This document shows, piece after piece, positions 1 through 9,463 of a DNA stretch of 30,661 nucleotides. The notes under the pieces were generated by a model. That model was given only the letters and a program-made list of their open reading frames with translations, had not been told where the DNA came from and did no database searches. The number at the start of each line of letters is the position of its first letter. Position 1 is the stretch's first letter. The translations under genes were made by a program, and so were the position numbers. The stretch comes from a virus. Lineage: Duplodnaviria; Caudoviricetes. The stretch covers positions 1 through 30,661 of the IMG/VR virus record IMGVR_UViG_3300032295_003276; one strand, 5' to 3'.

Positions 1-98
1 CCGTGCAGCAAGCGCACGCCGCCATGGTCACCCCGGCCCCCGAGCCCGCCACCACAACGCCGCCGCGCCGCCCGCGCAAGGCCGCTTCAAAGGACTGA
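1..98 (+). CDS. 3' end of a head-region protein (partial), Pro/Arg/Lys-rich C-terminus
   Basis: Frame from nt 3 reads VQQAHAAMVTPAPEPATTTPPRRPRKAASKD*; TGA at 96-98, 3 nt before the next ATG. Confidence 0.55.
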   Translation, partial: VQQAHAAMVTPAPEPATTTPPRRPRKAASKD

Positions 99-101
99 CG
101 C

Positions 102-731
102 ATGGACATCATCGGCGACGCCACCCTCACCAACATCCAGGCCCCGGCCGCCATCAGCGCCGACGGCAACAGCGCCGGCATCGACGCGCGCAGCCTCAAG
201 GGCCAGGGCGCCATCGTGCTGATGGCCCGCAACACGGCCGGCAGCACGCCCACGCTGGCGCTCAAGCTGCAGGGCTCGCCTGACACCGATGCGGTGACCA
301 GCGTCACCCCGGGCAGCAACACCGGCACGGGCAACTGCTTCGATGTCGTCGCTGGCCCCGATGCGGTGGCCGAGACCATCACGCTGACCTTCAGCAACGC
401 CACCACGGCCGCAGTCGTCGGCGCCACCTCGGGCGCCCTGGGCAACGCCACGGTGGGCCAGCGCTTCACCAGCGCTTACGTCGCCTTCGACCTGGTGGCC
501 GGCGGCACCGCCTTCGCCAACGGCGACACCATCGCCATCGTCACCACGGCCCGCAGCTACAGCGATGTCGACGGCGGCGCCTTCACCGGCCTGACCACCG
601 GTGTGTCCACCCAGAAGCGCGCCATCAACTTCGACCGCTGCCCGCGCTACCTGCGCATGAACTACGACATCGGCGGCACCAGCAGCCCGGCCTACACGCT
701 GGCCGTCGTCGCGCTGAGCGAGACCGACTGA
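102..731 (+). CDS. Capsid decoration/cement-type protein with an inserted Gly/Thr-rich beta domain
   Basis: 209 aa with GIDARS..., LKLQGS.D, YSDV.GGAFT and PRYLRM motifs typical of cement proteins; lies just before the head-tail genes; AAGGA RBS. Confidence 0.6.
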   Translation: MDIIGDATLTNIQAPAAISADGNSAGIDARSLKGQGAIVLMARNTAGSTPTLALKLQGSPDTDAVTSVTPGSNTGTGNCFDVVAGPDAVAETITLTFSNATTAAVVGATSGALGNATVGQRFTSAYVAFDLVAGGTAFANGDTIAIVTTARSYSDVDGGAFTGLTTGVSTQKRAINFDRCPRYLRMNYDIGGTSSPAYTLAVVALSETD

Positions 732-760
732 GCCCGCCAACCCAAGCCCGCCCGCCGCCC

Positions 761-1045
761 ATGTTTGCCGAAAACCTTGCCCCCTTCTTCAAGGCCAGCG
801 GCCTGGGCGTGGCCGTCACGGTGGACGGCGCGGCGCGCGAGGCCATCTTCGACGCCGAACACCAGCTCGGCGGCCTGGCGGTGGCCGGCATCGCGGCAGC
901 GCAGCCCATGCTGACGCTGCCCACGGCGCACGTGCCCGCCAGCCCGGTGGGCAAGGCCGCCGTGGTCGGCAGCACCACCTACACCATCGTCGAGCACCAG
1001 CCCGACGGCACCGGCGTCAGCCGGCTCATGCTCGAGCGCGCCTGA
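761..1045 (+). CDS. Head-tail joining protein (lambda gpFII-like)
   Basis: 94 aa with AIFD, P.LTL and TYTIVEHQPDGTGVSRLML motifs; synteny. Confidence 0.7.
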   Translation: MFAENLAPFFKASGLGVAVTVDGAAREAIFDAEHQLGGLAVAGIAAAQPMLTLPTAHVPASPVGKAAVVGSTTYTIVEHQPDGTGVSRLMLERA

Positions 1046-1048
1046 GTC

Positions 1049-1501
1049 ATGAGCGCCCACCTGTCCATCCAGACCGCCCTGGTCGCGCTGCTCACCGCAT
1101 CGCCCGGGCTGGCATCGGGCAACGTCCGGGCCAACGCCACGCGCCCCATGGCCGCGCAGCACGCCGCGCAGGTCAACGTGCGCCTGGTCCAGAGCCGCGC
1201 CGACTACCCCCGCACCCTGGGCGCCGGCTACGAGTGGACAACCAGCTTCGCTGTTGACTGCCTGGCGCGCGGCGCCAGCTCGGCCAGCGAGCCCGCTGCC
1301 ACCGTCGACGCGCTGCTCGAAGCCGCCTGGGCGCGTATCGCCGGCTGGCAGCCCGCCGCCAACCTGGGCGTGATCGACGTGCGCATGACGCCCACGATTG
1401 ACTGGCAGACCGACGACGGCGACACGCCGCTCGTGGCCGCCACCATCAGCCTCGTCGTCCAGCACCGCACCCAGGCCGCCAGCCTGGCCGCGTGGCCGTG
1501 A
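1049..1501 (+). CDS. Tail completion/terminator protein (gpU-like)
   Basis: 150 aa, immediately upstream of the tail tube gene; size and alpha/beta pattern fit. Confidence 0.6.
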   Translation: MSAHLSIQTALVALLTASPGLASGNVRANATRPMAAQHAAQVNVRLVQSRADYPRTLGAGYEWTTSFAVDCLARGASSASEPAATVDALLEAAWARIAGWQPAANLGVIDVRMTPTIDWQTDDGDTPLVAATISLVVQHRTQAASLAAWP

Positions 1502-1710
1502 CGCCCCCATCCACCACCGCACCCGCCACCATGCCCGCCGCCAAGCCCGCCCCCGCACCCGCCGAGCCGCCCAACCTGCAACCGGTGGGCACGCCGCCGG
1601 CCGGTGGCCGCTGGACGTGGGACGCCGGCCACCAGGCCTGGGTGCCCTTGCCCGAACCCGCCGCGGCGCCCGCCGCCCCCGCCACCGAAACCGCCGCCAG
1701 CCAGGAGTAA
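1498..1710 (+). CDS. Small Pro/Ala-rich hypothetical protein (start uncertain: 1492, 1498 or 1531)
   Basis: GTGA overlap with the upstream stop; PPAGGRWTWD core; fills the gap before the tube gene. Confidence 0.55.
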   Translation: MTPPSTTAPATMPAAKPAPAPAEPPNLQPVGTPPAGGRWTWDAGHQAWVPLPEPAAAPAAPATETAASQE

Positions 1711-1716
1711 GCCACC

Positions 1717-2676
1717 ATGGGCCGCCTCATCCGCAAGACCGCCATCCTCGCCAAGACCGAAGTCAACTACGGGGTGGACCCCACGCCCGATGGCGCCGCC
1801 AACGCCATCCTGGTGTCGAACGCCTCGTTCAACGTCGCGTACACCAACGTCAACCGCGACCTGATCCGCGCCAACCTGGGCGGCAGTGAGCAGCTGGCCG
1901 GCACGCGCTTCGTCGAGTGCAGCTTCGACGTCGAGCTGGCCAACTCGGGCGCCGCCGGCACCGCCCCGGCCTGGGGCCCGCTGCTGCTGGCCTGCGGCAT
2001 GGCCGAAGCGGTGCTCACCACGCCTGCCAGAGTCGAATACACGCCCGTCAGCGCGTCGTTCAAGTCGGCCACCATCTACTATCACATCGACGGCACGCTG
2101 CGCAAGGCGCTGGGCTGCATGGGCAACGCCGAGCTCATGCTGAACGAAGGCGAAAGGCCAATGCTGAGGTTCACCTTCACCGGCCTGGACGGGGGCACCA
2201 CCGCCACGGCAGACCCCACGCTCACGCTCACCGCGTGGAAGGTGCCCAGCGTCGTCAGCGACGTCAACAGCGGCGACATCAACCTCGGCGCAACGTACAG
2301 CGCCGGGGCGCTGACCAGCGGCACCGCCTACCCCAGCCGCGGCCTGGCCATCAACCTGGGCAACACGATCGCGCGCAAGGCCATCCTGGGCGGCCAGTCG
2401 GTCAGCATCACGCAACGTGATGTCACCGGCTCGTGCCAGCTCGAGCTGAGCGCGGCGCAAGAAGCCACCTTCCGCACCGACATCAACGCCAACACCACCA
2501 CGACGCTGGGCTTCACGCACAGCACCGGCGCGGGCGTGGGGATCATCCTGCACGCCCCGCGCGTGCAGCGCATCGACCCGTCCGACGTCGACTACGAAGG
2601 CGAGCTTCACACCGGCCTCAACCTGCGCTTCGTCCCGTCCAGCGGCAACGACGAGCTCCGCATCGTCTGCCTGTAA
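1717..2676 (+). CDS. Major tail (tube) protein
   Basis: 319 aa with ILAKTE..YGVDPTP, FDVELA.SG.AGTAPAWG.LL.ACG and C-terminal GNDEL motifs; AGGAG RBS; no sheath gene present. Confidence 0.85.
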   Translation: MGRLIRKTAILAKTEVNYGVDPTPDGAANAILVSNASFNVAYTNVNRDLIRANLGGSEQLAGTRFVECSFDVELANSGAAGTAPAWGPLLLACGMAEAVLTTPARVEYTPVSASFKSATIYYHIDGTLRKALGCMGNAELMLNEGERPMLRFTFTGLDGGTTATADPTLTLTAWKVPSVVSDVNSGDINLGATYSAGALTSGTAYPSRGLAINLGNTIARKAILGGQSVSITQRDVTGSCQLELSAAQEATFRTDINANTTTTLGFTHSTGAGVGIILHAPRVQRIDPSDVDYEGELHTGLNLRFVPSSGNDELRIVCL

Positions 2677-2735
2677 GCCCCGCCGCCTGACCGCGCCGCC
2701 CTGCCCACCGCAACCATCCCCACACCGAGCCCCGC

Positions 2736-3074
2736 ATGGCCTTCCGCCTCTACGTCAGCAACACCATCACCGTCCCGGTCGCCGGCAAGCTGCCCGGCGC
2801 CGACGGCAAGCCGGCCGCGTTCTCGTTCTCGCTCCAGGCCAAGCGCCTGTCGCAGAGCGCGCTGCGCGACATCGTCGACAGCAACCAGCGCACGGTGCCC
2901 GAGTTGCTGGCCGATGTCGTCAGCGGCTGGGACGGGGTGCTCGACGACGACGCCAACCAGGTGCCCTTCACCCCGGCCAACCTGGCCGCGCTGCTCGAGA
3001 TCGTGGGCATGGCCGGCGTCATCTTCGGGGCGTACCTGGAAAGCTGCGGAGCCAAGGGCACGGCAAAAAACTAG
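2736..3074 (+). CDS. Tail assembly chaperone (gpG-like)
   Basis: 112 aa with V.GWDGV.D...VPFT motif, ending in KN* on a slippery A-run. Confidence 0.85.
   Translation: MAFRLYVSNTITVPVAGKLPGADGKPAAFSFSLQAKRLSQSALRDIVDSNQRTVPELLADVVSGWDGVLDDDANQVPFTPANLAALLEIVGMAGVIFGAYLESCGAKGTAKN
3065..3071 (+). promoter_or_regulatory. -1 programmed ribosomal frameshift site A AAA AAC
   Basis: X XXY YYZ heptamer immediately before TAG; the -1 frame is open from 3065 to 3475. Confidence 0.8.
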
Positions 3075-3475
3075 AGGAGGCGGCGCGCCTGCTCGCGCGC
3101 GGCGAGCTGGACTTCGGGAGCACGGAAGATGACGACGCCGCCGACCACGAACAAGACGCCGCGCTGGCCGCTTTCGGCCTGGTGCTCGACCAATCCGACA
3201 CCGGCGGCCCCAAGCCCTTCTTCCTGCTGCCCGAAAACCAGCGCGCGCTCACCACGTGGCTGGCGCTGCAGACGCAGTGGGTCTACGCCGGCATGGGGCA
3301 GCCAACGGGCCTCAATTACGCGGGCGTCGAAGCCTACCTGCGCCTGGCCCGCCTGGCCCGCCCCCCGCGCCGCGCCAAGGGCCTGCTGGCCGACATACAA
3401 CGCATGGAGCGCGTCACCCTGCACGAATGGGCCGACCGCGCCCGCCGCGAGCGCCCCGCCTCGGCGCGCCGCTGA
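3071..3475 (+). CDS. Frameshift extension of the tail chaperone (gpT-like, DUF1799-type)
   Basis: -1 frame reads LEEAARLLARG...PENQRALTTWLALQTQW...GLNYAGV...IQRMER. Confidence 0.8.
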   Translation, partial: LEEAARLLARGELDFGSTEDDDAADHEQDAALAAFGLVLDQSDTGGPKPFFLLPENQRALTTWLALQTQWVYAGMGQPTGLNYAGVEAYLRLARLARPPRRAKGLLADIQRMERVTLHEWADRARRERPASARR

Positions 3476-3493
3476 ACCACGGGCCTGAGCACC

Positions 3494-6400
3494 ATGGCAG
3501 AACAAATCGGCATTCGGCTCAACCTGCAGGGCGCCGCCCAGGTAACGGGCGGCCTGGCGGGCGTCGTCCGAAGCCTGGGTGATCTGGACAGCAAGACATT
3601 GAAGGTGGGCGACGCCTTCAAGGCCCTGGGCCCGCAGCTGGCCGCCGCGCTGTCGGTGGGCACCATCGCCGCGTGGCTGAAGTCGGCTGTCGACGCCGTC
3701 GACGCCATGAACGACCTGGCCGACGCCACCGGCTCCACGGTCGAAGAGATCAGCAAGCTCGACCGCTTCGCCCGCACCACCGGCACCACGCTCGATGCCG
3801 TGGGCGGCATCATGGTGAAGTTCAACGCGGTCTTGAAAGACGCCGACGGCACCAACGCCGTCAGCCAGGCGCTGCAAGCCATCAACGTCGACGTGGCCGC
3901 CCTGCGCCGCGCCGACCCCGTCGACGCCCTGCAGCAGACCGCCCGCGCCCTGGCCGGCTTTGCCGACGACGCCAACAAGGCGCGCGTCGTGCAAGAGCTC
4001 TTCGGCAAGTCCGTCCGCGAGGCCGCGCCCATCCTCAAGGATCTGGCCGACGCGGGCACGCTGCAGGCCAGCGTCACCGCCAAGCAGGCCGCCGAGGCCG
4101 AGAAGTTCAACCGCGCGCTGGCCGCCTTCAAGAAAGAAGTCAGCGATGTCGCCCGCCTCATCACGCAGACCCTGCTGCCCACGCTGAACAACTGGTTCGG
4201 CCAGCTCAGCGATGGCCTGGCCACCTACGGCAGCTTCACCCGCGCGCTGGGTGACATCGCCTTCAACATCAAGCCCTGGCAAACGCTCAACGAGAACTTG
4301 GCCGAGACCGTCAAGGACATCACGCTCTACCGCAACGTCATCAACGAGCTGAAGAGCAGCCGCCTGCCCGACCCCTTCGGCGCCCGCGCGCGCCAGATCA
4401 CCGAGTATCAAAGCAAGCTCGACAACGCCATCGCGCGCGAGCAGTACCTGCTGCGCCAGCAAGGCCGCGAAGGGGGCAGGGCGGCCGACCCCCGCGCGCG
4501 GCCGACCGAGCGCCCCAGCATCGCCCTACCATCCCCCGGCGCGGCCGGGGCAGCCGCCGCCGCCAACGCCGAGCGCGACATCCGCGCCCGCCAAGACCTG
4601 GCGCGCCTGGGGCGCGAAGACGCCGCCCAGGCCGCCGCTGACGAAGCCGCCCGCCGCGCCGCGCAGCTGCAGCTCGAAGCCGACGAGAAGGACAGCCTCA
4701 ACCGCCTGCTGCGCTACGACCGCGCCGTGGCCGATGCCGAAGCCGCGCACCAGACCGAGCTGGAGCGCATCGCGCAGGACGCCCTGCGCCAGCAGGCCCG
4801 CTACGACGACGCCACGCTGGCCGCTGAGCAAGCCAGCGCCGAGGCCGTGCAGCGCGAGCTGGAGCTACAGGCCGACCGCGCCCTGGCCCAGCAGGTGCGC
4901 GAATACGATGCCGAGCGCGCCGCCGACGCCGCCATCAAGGCCGAGCGCGAAGTGCGCGCCGCCCAAGACCTGGCCGCCATCGCCCGCTACGACGCTGCCG
5001 AGCTGGCAGCCGAAGCCGCCCACCAGCGCGAGCTGCAGCTGCAGGCTGACATCGCCCTGGCCGCCCTGGTGCGCGAGTACGAGGCCGAAGAAGAAGCGAC
5101 CCGCGAGTACCTGCGCCAGCGCGAAGCCTACCGCGACTACCTGCTGACCCTGCAAGACCAGATCACCCAGGCCCAGATCCAGGACGCCGCCGCCGTCCAG
5201 AAGTACCTCGACGACCAGACCGAAGCCGCCCGCCGCAACCTCGAGTCCATCCAGGCCCGCACCGCAGACCTCGAGCTCGACGCCAAGGCCAGCGCCCTGG
5301 CCGCCGCCCAGGCCATCAGCCTGGCCGAAGCCATCGAGCTGGTCACCATCGCCCGCCTGCGCGAGCAGCAGGCCATGTACCGCGCGGGCACCGAGGGCTA
5401 CGACGCCATCGAGCGCGAGATCCAGGCGCGCGAAAAACTGCTCGGCGCCCTGGGCGACCAGCGCGTGCGCCAGGCCAACGACCAGGCGGCCAAGGACGCG
5501 GCCGCGCAGTGGGAACGCACCGTCGACCAGGTCGGCCAATCGCTGGCCGACGCGCTGATGAATGGCGGCAAGTCGGCCGGCGACGCACTCAAGCGCTACT
5601 TCAAGACACTGATCCTGCAGCCCATCATCCGGGCCGTGGTGGACCCCGTGGCCCGCGTGTTCATGGGCATGATGGGCTTCGGCGGCGCTGCAGGCACTGC
5701 GGCAGCCGGCAGCGCGGCAGCCGGCGCGGGCGCGGCCGGTGCGGCAGGCGGTATGGGCAGCGCTTCGGGCCTTGCCGGCCTGCTTGCTTCCGGCAGCAGC
5801 ATCTTCAGCGCTGGCGCGTCCGCAGGTATGGCGGGCAACATCATGGGCGGGTTCAGCTCGGCCGGCTCCATGTTGTCTGCCGGCGCAACCACGCAGGGCC
5901 TGGCTATGGGCGCCGGCACGCTGGCAGGAATGGTGGCGCCGGCCATGATCGGCCAGATGATCGGCCGCGGAATCAGCGGCGGCTACTCGGCCATCGGCGG
6001 GCGCAGCGGCAGCAGCGCGGTCAATCTGGGCACGGGGATCGGCGCTCTGTTCGGGCCCATCGGCGCCGGCATTGGCGCGGCTGTCGGGGGCATCGTCAAC
6101 CGCGCTTTTGGCCGCAAGTTGGCCGACACCGGCGTCCAGGGCAGCTTCGGCGGGGCCTCGGGCTTCAGCGGGCAGCAGTTCACGTTCGAGAAGGGCGGCT
6201 GGTTCCGCAGCAATCGCACCACCACCGAAGCGCTGAGCAGCGACCTGCAATCCATCCTCGGCGGTGGCTTCACCCAACTGCGCGACGAAACCGTCAAGAT
6301 GGCCCGCGATCTGGGCTTGGCGTCGGAATCGGTGGCCGCCTTCACCAAGGACATCAAGCTGAGCCTCAAGGGCCTGACGCAAGGGCAAATCCAGCAGAAG

Positions 6401-8521
6401 CTGTCGCAAGAACTGGGCCTCGTCGCCGACGAGATGGCCCGCCTGGCCGGCGGCGCCGGCACCACCGCCGACAGCCTGCGCCAGCTCTACCAGCAGGTCA
6501 TGTCAGAGCGCGCCCAGCTCGAGACGCAGCTGCTGCAGCTGCAGGGCGACACCGCAGAGCTTCGCCGCCGCGAGCGCGAAGCCATCCACGAATCCAACCG
6601 CGCCCTGTACGACCGCATCAATGCGCTGCGCGACGAGCAGGCCGCGCTGGCCGCCGCCACCGCCGCCGCCACCAGCGCCGCCGCCGACGCCCTGGCCAGG
6701 CAGATCAGCGCCAGCCAGTCCGCCGCCAACGCTGCGCGCCAGGCTGCCGATGCCTACGCCCAGGCCGGCAGCAGCCTGCGCCAGACCATCGCCGCGCTGC
6801 TGGGCACCGGCAGCCCGGGCGCCAGCGCCGCCAGCGCCTACCGCACCGGCCTGGCCGCCGCGCAAGCTGGCGACGCCACCGCCATGGGCAACCTCGGCGC
6901 CCTGGCCAGCACCTACGCCGAAAGCCTGCGCGGCACCGCACGCACCCGGGCCGAAGCCAACATCGGCGCCGCCCGCATCGCGGCCGAGCTGCAGGGCGTG
7001 GCCGCCCTCAGCGACACCCTGGGCACCCAGCGCAGCGCCCAGGCCGCGCTGCTGGACATCAACACCGCCGCCCTGCAGGTGCTGCAGGAAGACCTGCAGA
7101 ACGGAAACCTCACCGTAGAAACGCTGCAGCAGCACACCACGCTGCTGCAAGCCATCAATGCTTCGCTCGGCTCCAGCGGCGCCATCGCCAGCGCGATGCA
7201 GGCGCTCGACGCCAACGTCGACGGCCTGCTCACCTTCGAAGAGCTGCAGCGCGGCCTGGCGGGCAAGGCCAGCGACGACCAGATCCGGGCGCTGATCGCG
7301 CGCGTGGATACCAATGGCGACAGGCAGGTCAGCGTGCAAGAGCTTGCGGCCGACCAGGTGCGCCAACGCCTGGAACTCGTCAACCGCAGCACCGTCGATG
7401 TCGCCCAGCGCATCCTGACGCTGACCGGCGAACTGATCGCCGGCTTTGATGGTCTGGACGCCAACGTCGACGGCCTGCTCACCTTCGAAGAGCTGCAGCG
7501 CGGCCTGGCGGGCAAGGCCAGCGACGACCAGATCCGGGCGCTGATCGCGCGCGCAGACAGCAACAGTGACGCCCAAGTCAGCCTGCAAGAGCTGACCGCA
7601 GAGCGCGTGCGCTCGGTCATCCTGGGTACCGGCGACATCGTTACCGCCGCAAACCGCACCACCGACACCACCGGCTCGGTCGCCGATGCTACCGGGGGCG
7701 TGATCGACGAGCAGAGCCGGGCCATCAGCTTCCTGGCCAGCAGCGATTCAACGCTCGCTCGCGTGCTGGCCAAGCTGAGCGAAAGCGACCCCACCAGCCT
7801 GCTGCTGGTGGACCGCGTCACCAGCGGCAACACGCTGGTGGCCGACCGGCTGTCGCAGGTCATCAGCGCGATCAACATGCAGACCGCCGCGCAGCAGGCC
7901 GAGGTGAAGCGCCAGCAAGACCTGCAGCGCGCGCAGGCCGATCTGCAGAGCGCCGCGGCCTATCTAGGCAGCCTGCAAGGCAACGTACAGACCGCGCAGG
8001 CTACGCTGGCCGGCACGCCGGCCACCACCAGCGTGCGCGTCGGCACGCGGTATGACTGGCTGGGCTTCGCCAAGGGCGGCATCTACGAGCAGCGCGCCAA
8101 CCCCGCCTTTGCCGCCGCACAGCAAGCCGAAGCCGAAGCCCAGGCGGCGCTGCGCGCCTACGAGCCCCAGGTCAACGCCCTGCGCGACCTGATCCGCTCC
8201 CTCGGCGGCGTCCCCCAGTTTGCGATGGGCGGCATGCACTCCGGCGGCCTGCGCATCGTCGGCGAGCGCGGCCCCGAGCTGGAAGTAACGGGCCCCGCGC
8301 GCTACTGGTCCGCCGCCGACACCACCGCCATGCTGGGCAACTCCCAGCGGCGCGAAGAGCTGCTCGCCGCTGAGATCCGCGCCCTGCGGGCCGAGGTGGC
8401 GGGCCTGCGCACCGAGGCGCGCGTCACGGCCGTGGCCGCCAACAAGACCCAGCGCCTGTGGGAACGCGTCACGCGCGACGGTGAGTCGATGCAGATCACC
8501 GACGTCACCCCCACGCCCTGA
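3494..8521 (+). CDS. Tail tape measure protein
   Basis: 1675 aa, Ala-rich helical, follows the G/T chaperones; Gly-rich hydrophobic centre; C-terminal FAMGG.H.GG.RIVGERGPEL motif. Confidence 0.92.
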   Translation: MAEQIGIRLNLQGAAQVTGGLAGVVRSLGDLDSKTLKVGDAFKALGPQLAAALSVGTIAAWLKSAVDAVDAMNDLADATGSTVEEISKLDRFARTTGTTLDAVGGIMVKFNAVLKDADGTNAVSQALQAINVDVAALRRADPVDALQQTARALAGFADDANKARVVQELFGKSVREAAPILKDLADAGTLQASVTAKQAAEAEKFNRALAAFKKEVSDVARLITQTLLPTLNNWFGQLSDGLATYGSFTRALGDIAFNIKPWQTLNENLAETVKDITLYRNVINELKSSRLPDPFGARARQITEYQSKLDNAIAREQYLLRQQGREGGRAADPRARPTERPSIALPSPGAAGAAAAANAERDIRARQDLARLGREDAAQAAADEAARRAAQLQLEADEKDSLNRLLRYDRAVADAEAAHQTELERIAQDALRQQARYDDATLAAEQASAEAVQRELELQADRALAQQVREYDAERAADAAIKAEREVRAAQDLAAIARYDAAELAAEAAHQRELQLQADIALAALVREYEAEEEATREYLRQREAYRDYLLTLQDQITQAQIQDAAAVQKYLDDQTEAARRNLESIQARTADLELDAKASALAAAQAISLAEAIELVTIARLREQQAMYRAGTEGYDAIEREIQAREKLLGALGDQRVRQANDQAAKDAAAQWERTVDQVGQSLADALMNGGKSAGDALKRYFKTLILQPIIRAVVDPVARVFMGMMGFGGAAGTAAAGSAAAGAGAAGAAGGMGSASGLAGLLASGSSIFSAGASAGMAGNIMGGFSSAGSMLSAGATTQGLAMGAGTLAGMVAPAMIGQMIGRGISGGYSAIGGRSGSSAVNLGTGIGALFGPIGAGIGAAVGGIVNRAFGRKLADTGVQGSFGGASGFSGQQFTFEKGGWFRSNRTTTEALSSDLQSILGGGFTQLRDETVKMARDLGLASESVAAFTKDIKLSLKGLTQGQIQQKLSQELGLVADEMARLAGGAGTTADSLRQLYQQVMSERAQLETQLLQLQGDTAELRRREREAIHESNRALYDRINALRDEQAALAAATAAATSAAADALARQISASQSAANAARQAADAYAQAGSSLRQTIAALLGTGSPGASAASAYRTGLAAAQAGDATAMGNLGALASTYAESLRGTARTRAEANIGAARIAAELQGVAALSDTLGTQRSAQAALLDINTAALQVLQEDLQNGNLTVETLQQHTTLLQAINASLGSSGAIASAMQALDANVDGLLTFEELQRGLAGKASDDQIRALIARVDTNGDRQVSVQELAADQVRQRLELVNRSTVDVAQRILTLTGELIAGFDGLDANVDGLLTFEELQRGLAGKASDDQIRALIARADSNSDAQVSLQELTAERVRSVILGTGDIVTAANRTTDTTGSVADATGGVIDEQSRAISFLASSDSTLARVLAKLSESDPTSLLLVDRVTSGNTLVADRLSQVISAINMQTAAQQAEVKRQQDLQRAQADLQSAAAYLGSLQGNVQTAQATLAGTPATTSVRVGTRYDWLGFAKGGIYEQRANPAFAAAQQAEAEAQAALRAYEPQVNALRDLIRSLGGVPQFAMGGMHSGGLRIVGERGPELEVTGPARYWSAADTTAMLGNSQRREELLAAEIRALRAEVAGLRTEARVTAVAANKTQRLWERVTRDGESMQITDVTPTP
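7208..7553 (+). repeat. 97-bp perfect direct repeat (7208-7304 and 7457-7553) within the tape measure gene, encoding EF-hand-like units
   Basis: Identical GACGCCAACGTCGACGGC...CTGATCGCGCGCG, 249 bp (83 codons) apart. Confidence 0.95.
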
Positions 8522-8542
8522 CGCACGACGGAGCAGCGACCC

Positions 8543-9430
8543 ATGAAAGTCATCGACCCCGTCGTCTTCGCCCCGGCGCAACTGGTCAGCAGCACCGCCG
8601 TCGAAACCGCCGCCGCTTGGGCCAGCGGCACCACGTATGCCAAAGACGCAGTCGTGGACTACGGGACCTATTACTGGATCAGCCTGGCCAACAACAACAC
8701 CGGCCACCAGCCCGACACATCCCCGACATTCTGGTCAAACGTCGGCCCGGACAACACCCATGCCATGTTCGACGACCAGGTGTCGACCGCCACCACCAGC
8801 ACCAGCCCGCTGACCGTGGTCATCGACACCGGCTTGTGCAACAGCCTGGCGGTGCTGGGCCTGATCGGCGCACAACTGCAGGTCACGATCACCGATGGCC
8901 CCACCGGCCCCACGATTTACAGCCGCACCATCAGCCTGGACGGGACATTCATCTTTGACTGGTACCAATACTTCTTCGAGCCGGATGTGCAAATCGGCGA
9001 AGTGGTATTGACCGACCTTCCGCCATACCCCAATGCGCGCATGACGGTCAGCCTCACCGGCACCGGAACCATTAAAATCGGCCAACTGTCCTGGGGCACG
9101 CAATACGACCTGGGTGACGCCGAATATGGCGCCAGCCTGGGCATCATCGACTACTCGCGCAAAGAGACCGATGAATTTGGAGTCACCACGTTCGTCCGCC
9201 GAGATTTCAGCAAACGCCTGAGCGCCCGCGTGCTGCTGCAAAACACCCAGATCAACCGCGTGCAGCGTGTGCTGGCCGGCCTGCGCGCCAGGCCCGCCGT
9301 GTGGATCACCGCGCCCGACGTGGCCGACCTGGCACCGCTGACCGTCTTCGGCTTCTTCCGCGACTTTCAGATCGAGGTGCCCTACCCCCGCGAAAGCCTG
9401 TGCAGCCTCGAAATCGAAGGCCTGACCTGA
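8543..9430 (+). CDS. Tail tip/distal tail protein with an N-terminal carbohydrate-binding-like (CBM5/12-type) insert
   Basis: 295 aa after the tape measure gene; AWASGTTYAKDAVV...YYW...P...PTFW motif; GIIDYSRKETDEFG; ends SLEIEGLT. Confidence 0.7.
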   Translation: MKVIDPVVFAPAQLVSSTAVETAAAWASGTTYAKDAVVDYGTYYWISLANNNTGHQPDTSPTFWSNVGPDNTHAMFDDQVSTATTSTSPLTVVIDTGLCNSLAVLGLIGAQLQVTITDGPTGPTIYSRTISLDGTFIFDWYQYFFEPDVQIGEVVLTDLPPYPNARMTVSLTGTGTIKIGQLSWGTQYDLGDAEYGASLGIIDYSRKETDEFGVTTFVRRDFSKRLSARVLLQNTQINRVQRVLAGLRARPAVWITAPDVADLAPLTVFGFFRDFQIEVPYPRESLCSLEIEGLT

Positions 9431-9463
9431 CCCCCTGACCGACACCGCCAGGAGCCACACCGC

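Noticed and set aside
7208-7553. Tape measure repeat as a DGR repeat or assembly artefact
   Set aside because: Copies are identical and in frame, and their flanks continue as diverged homologous EF-hand codons, which fits a real duplication; reads would settle it
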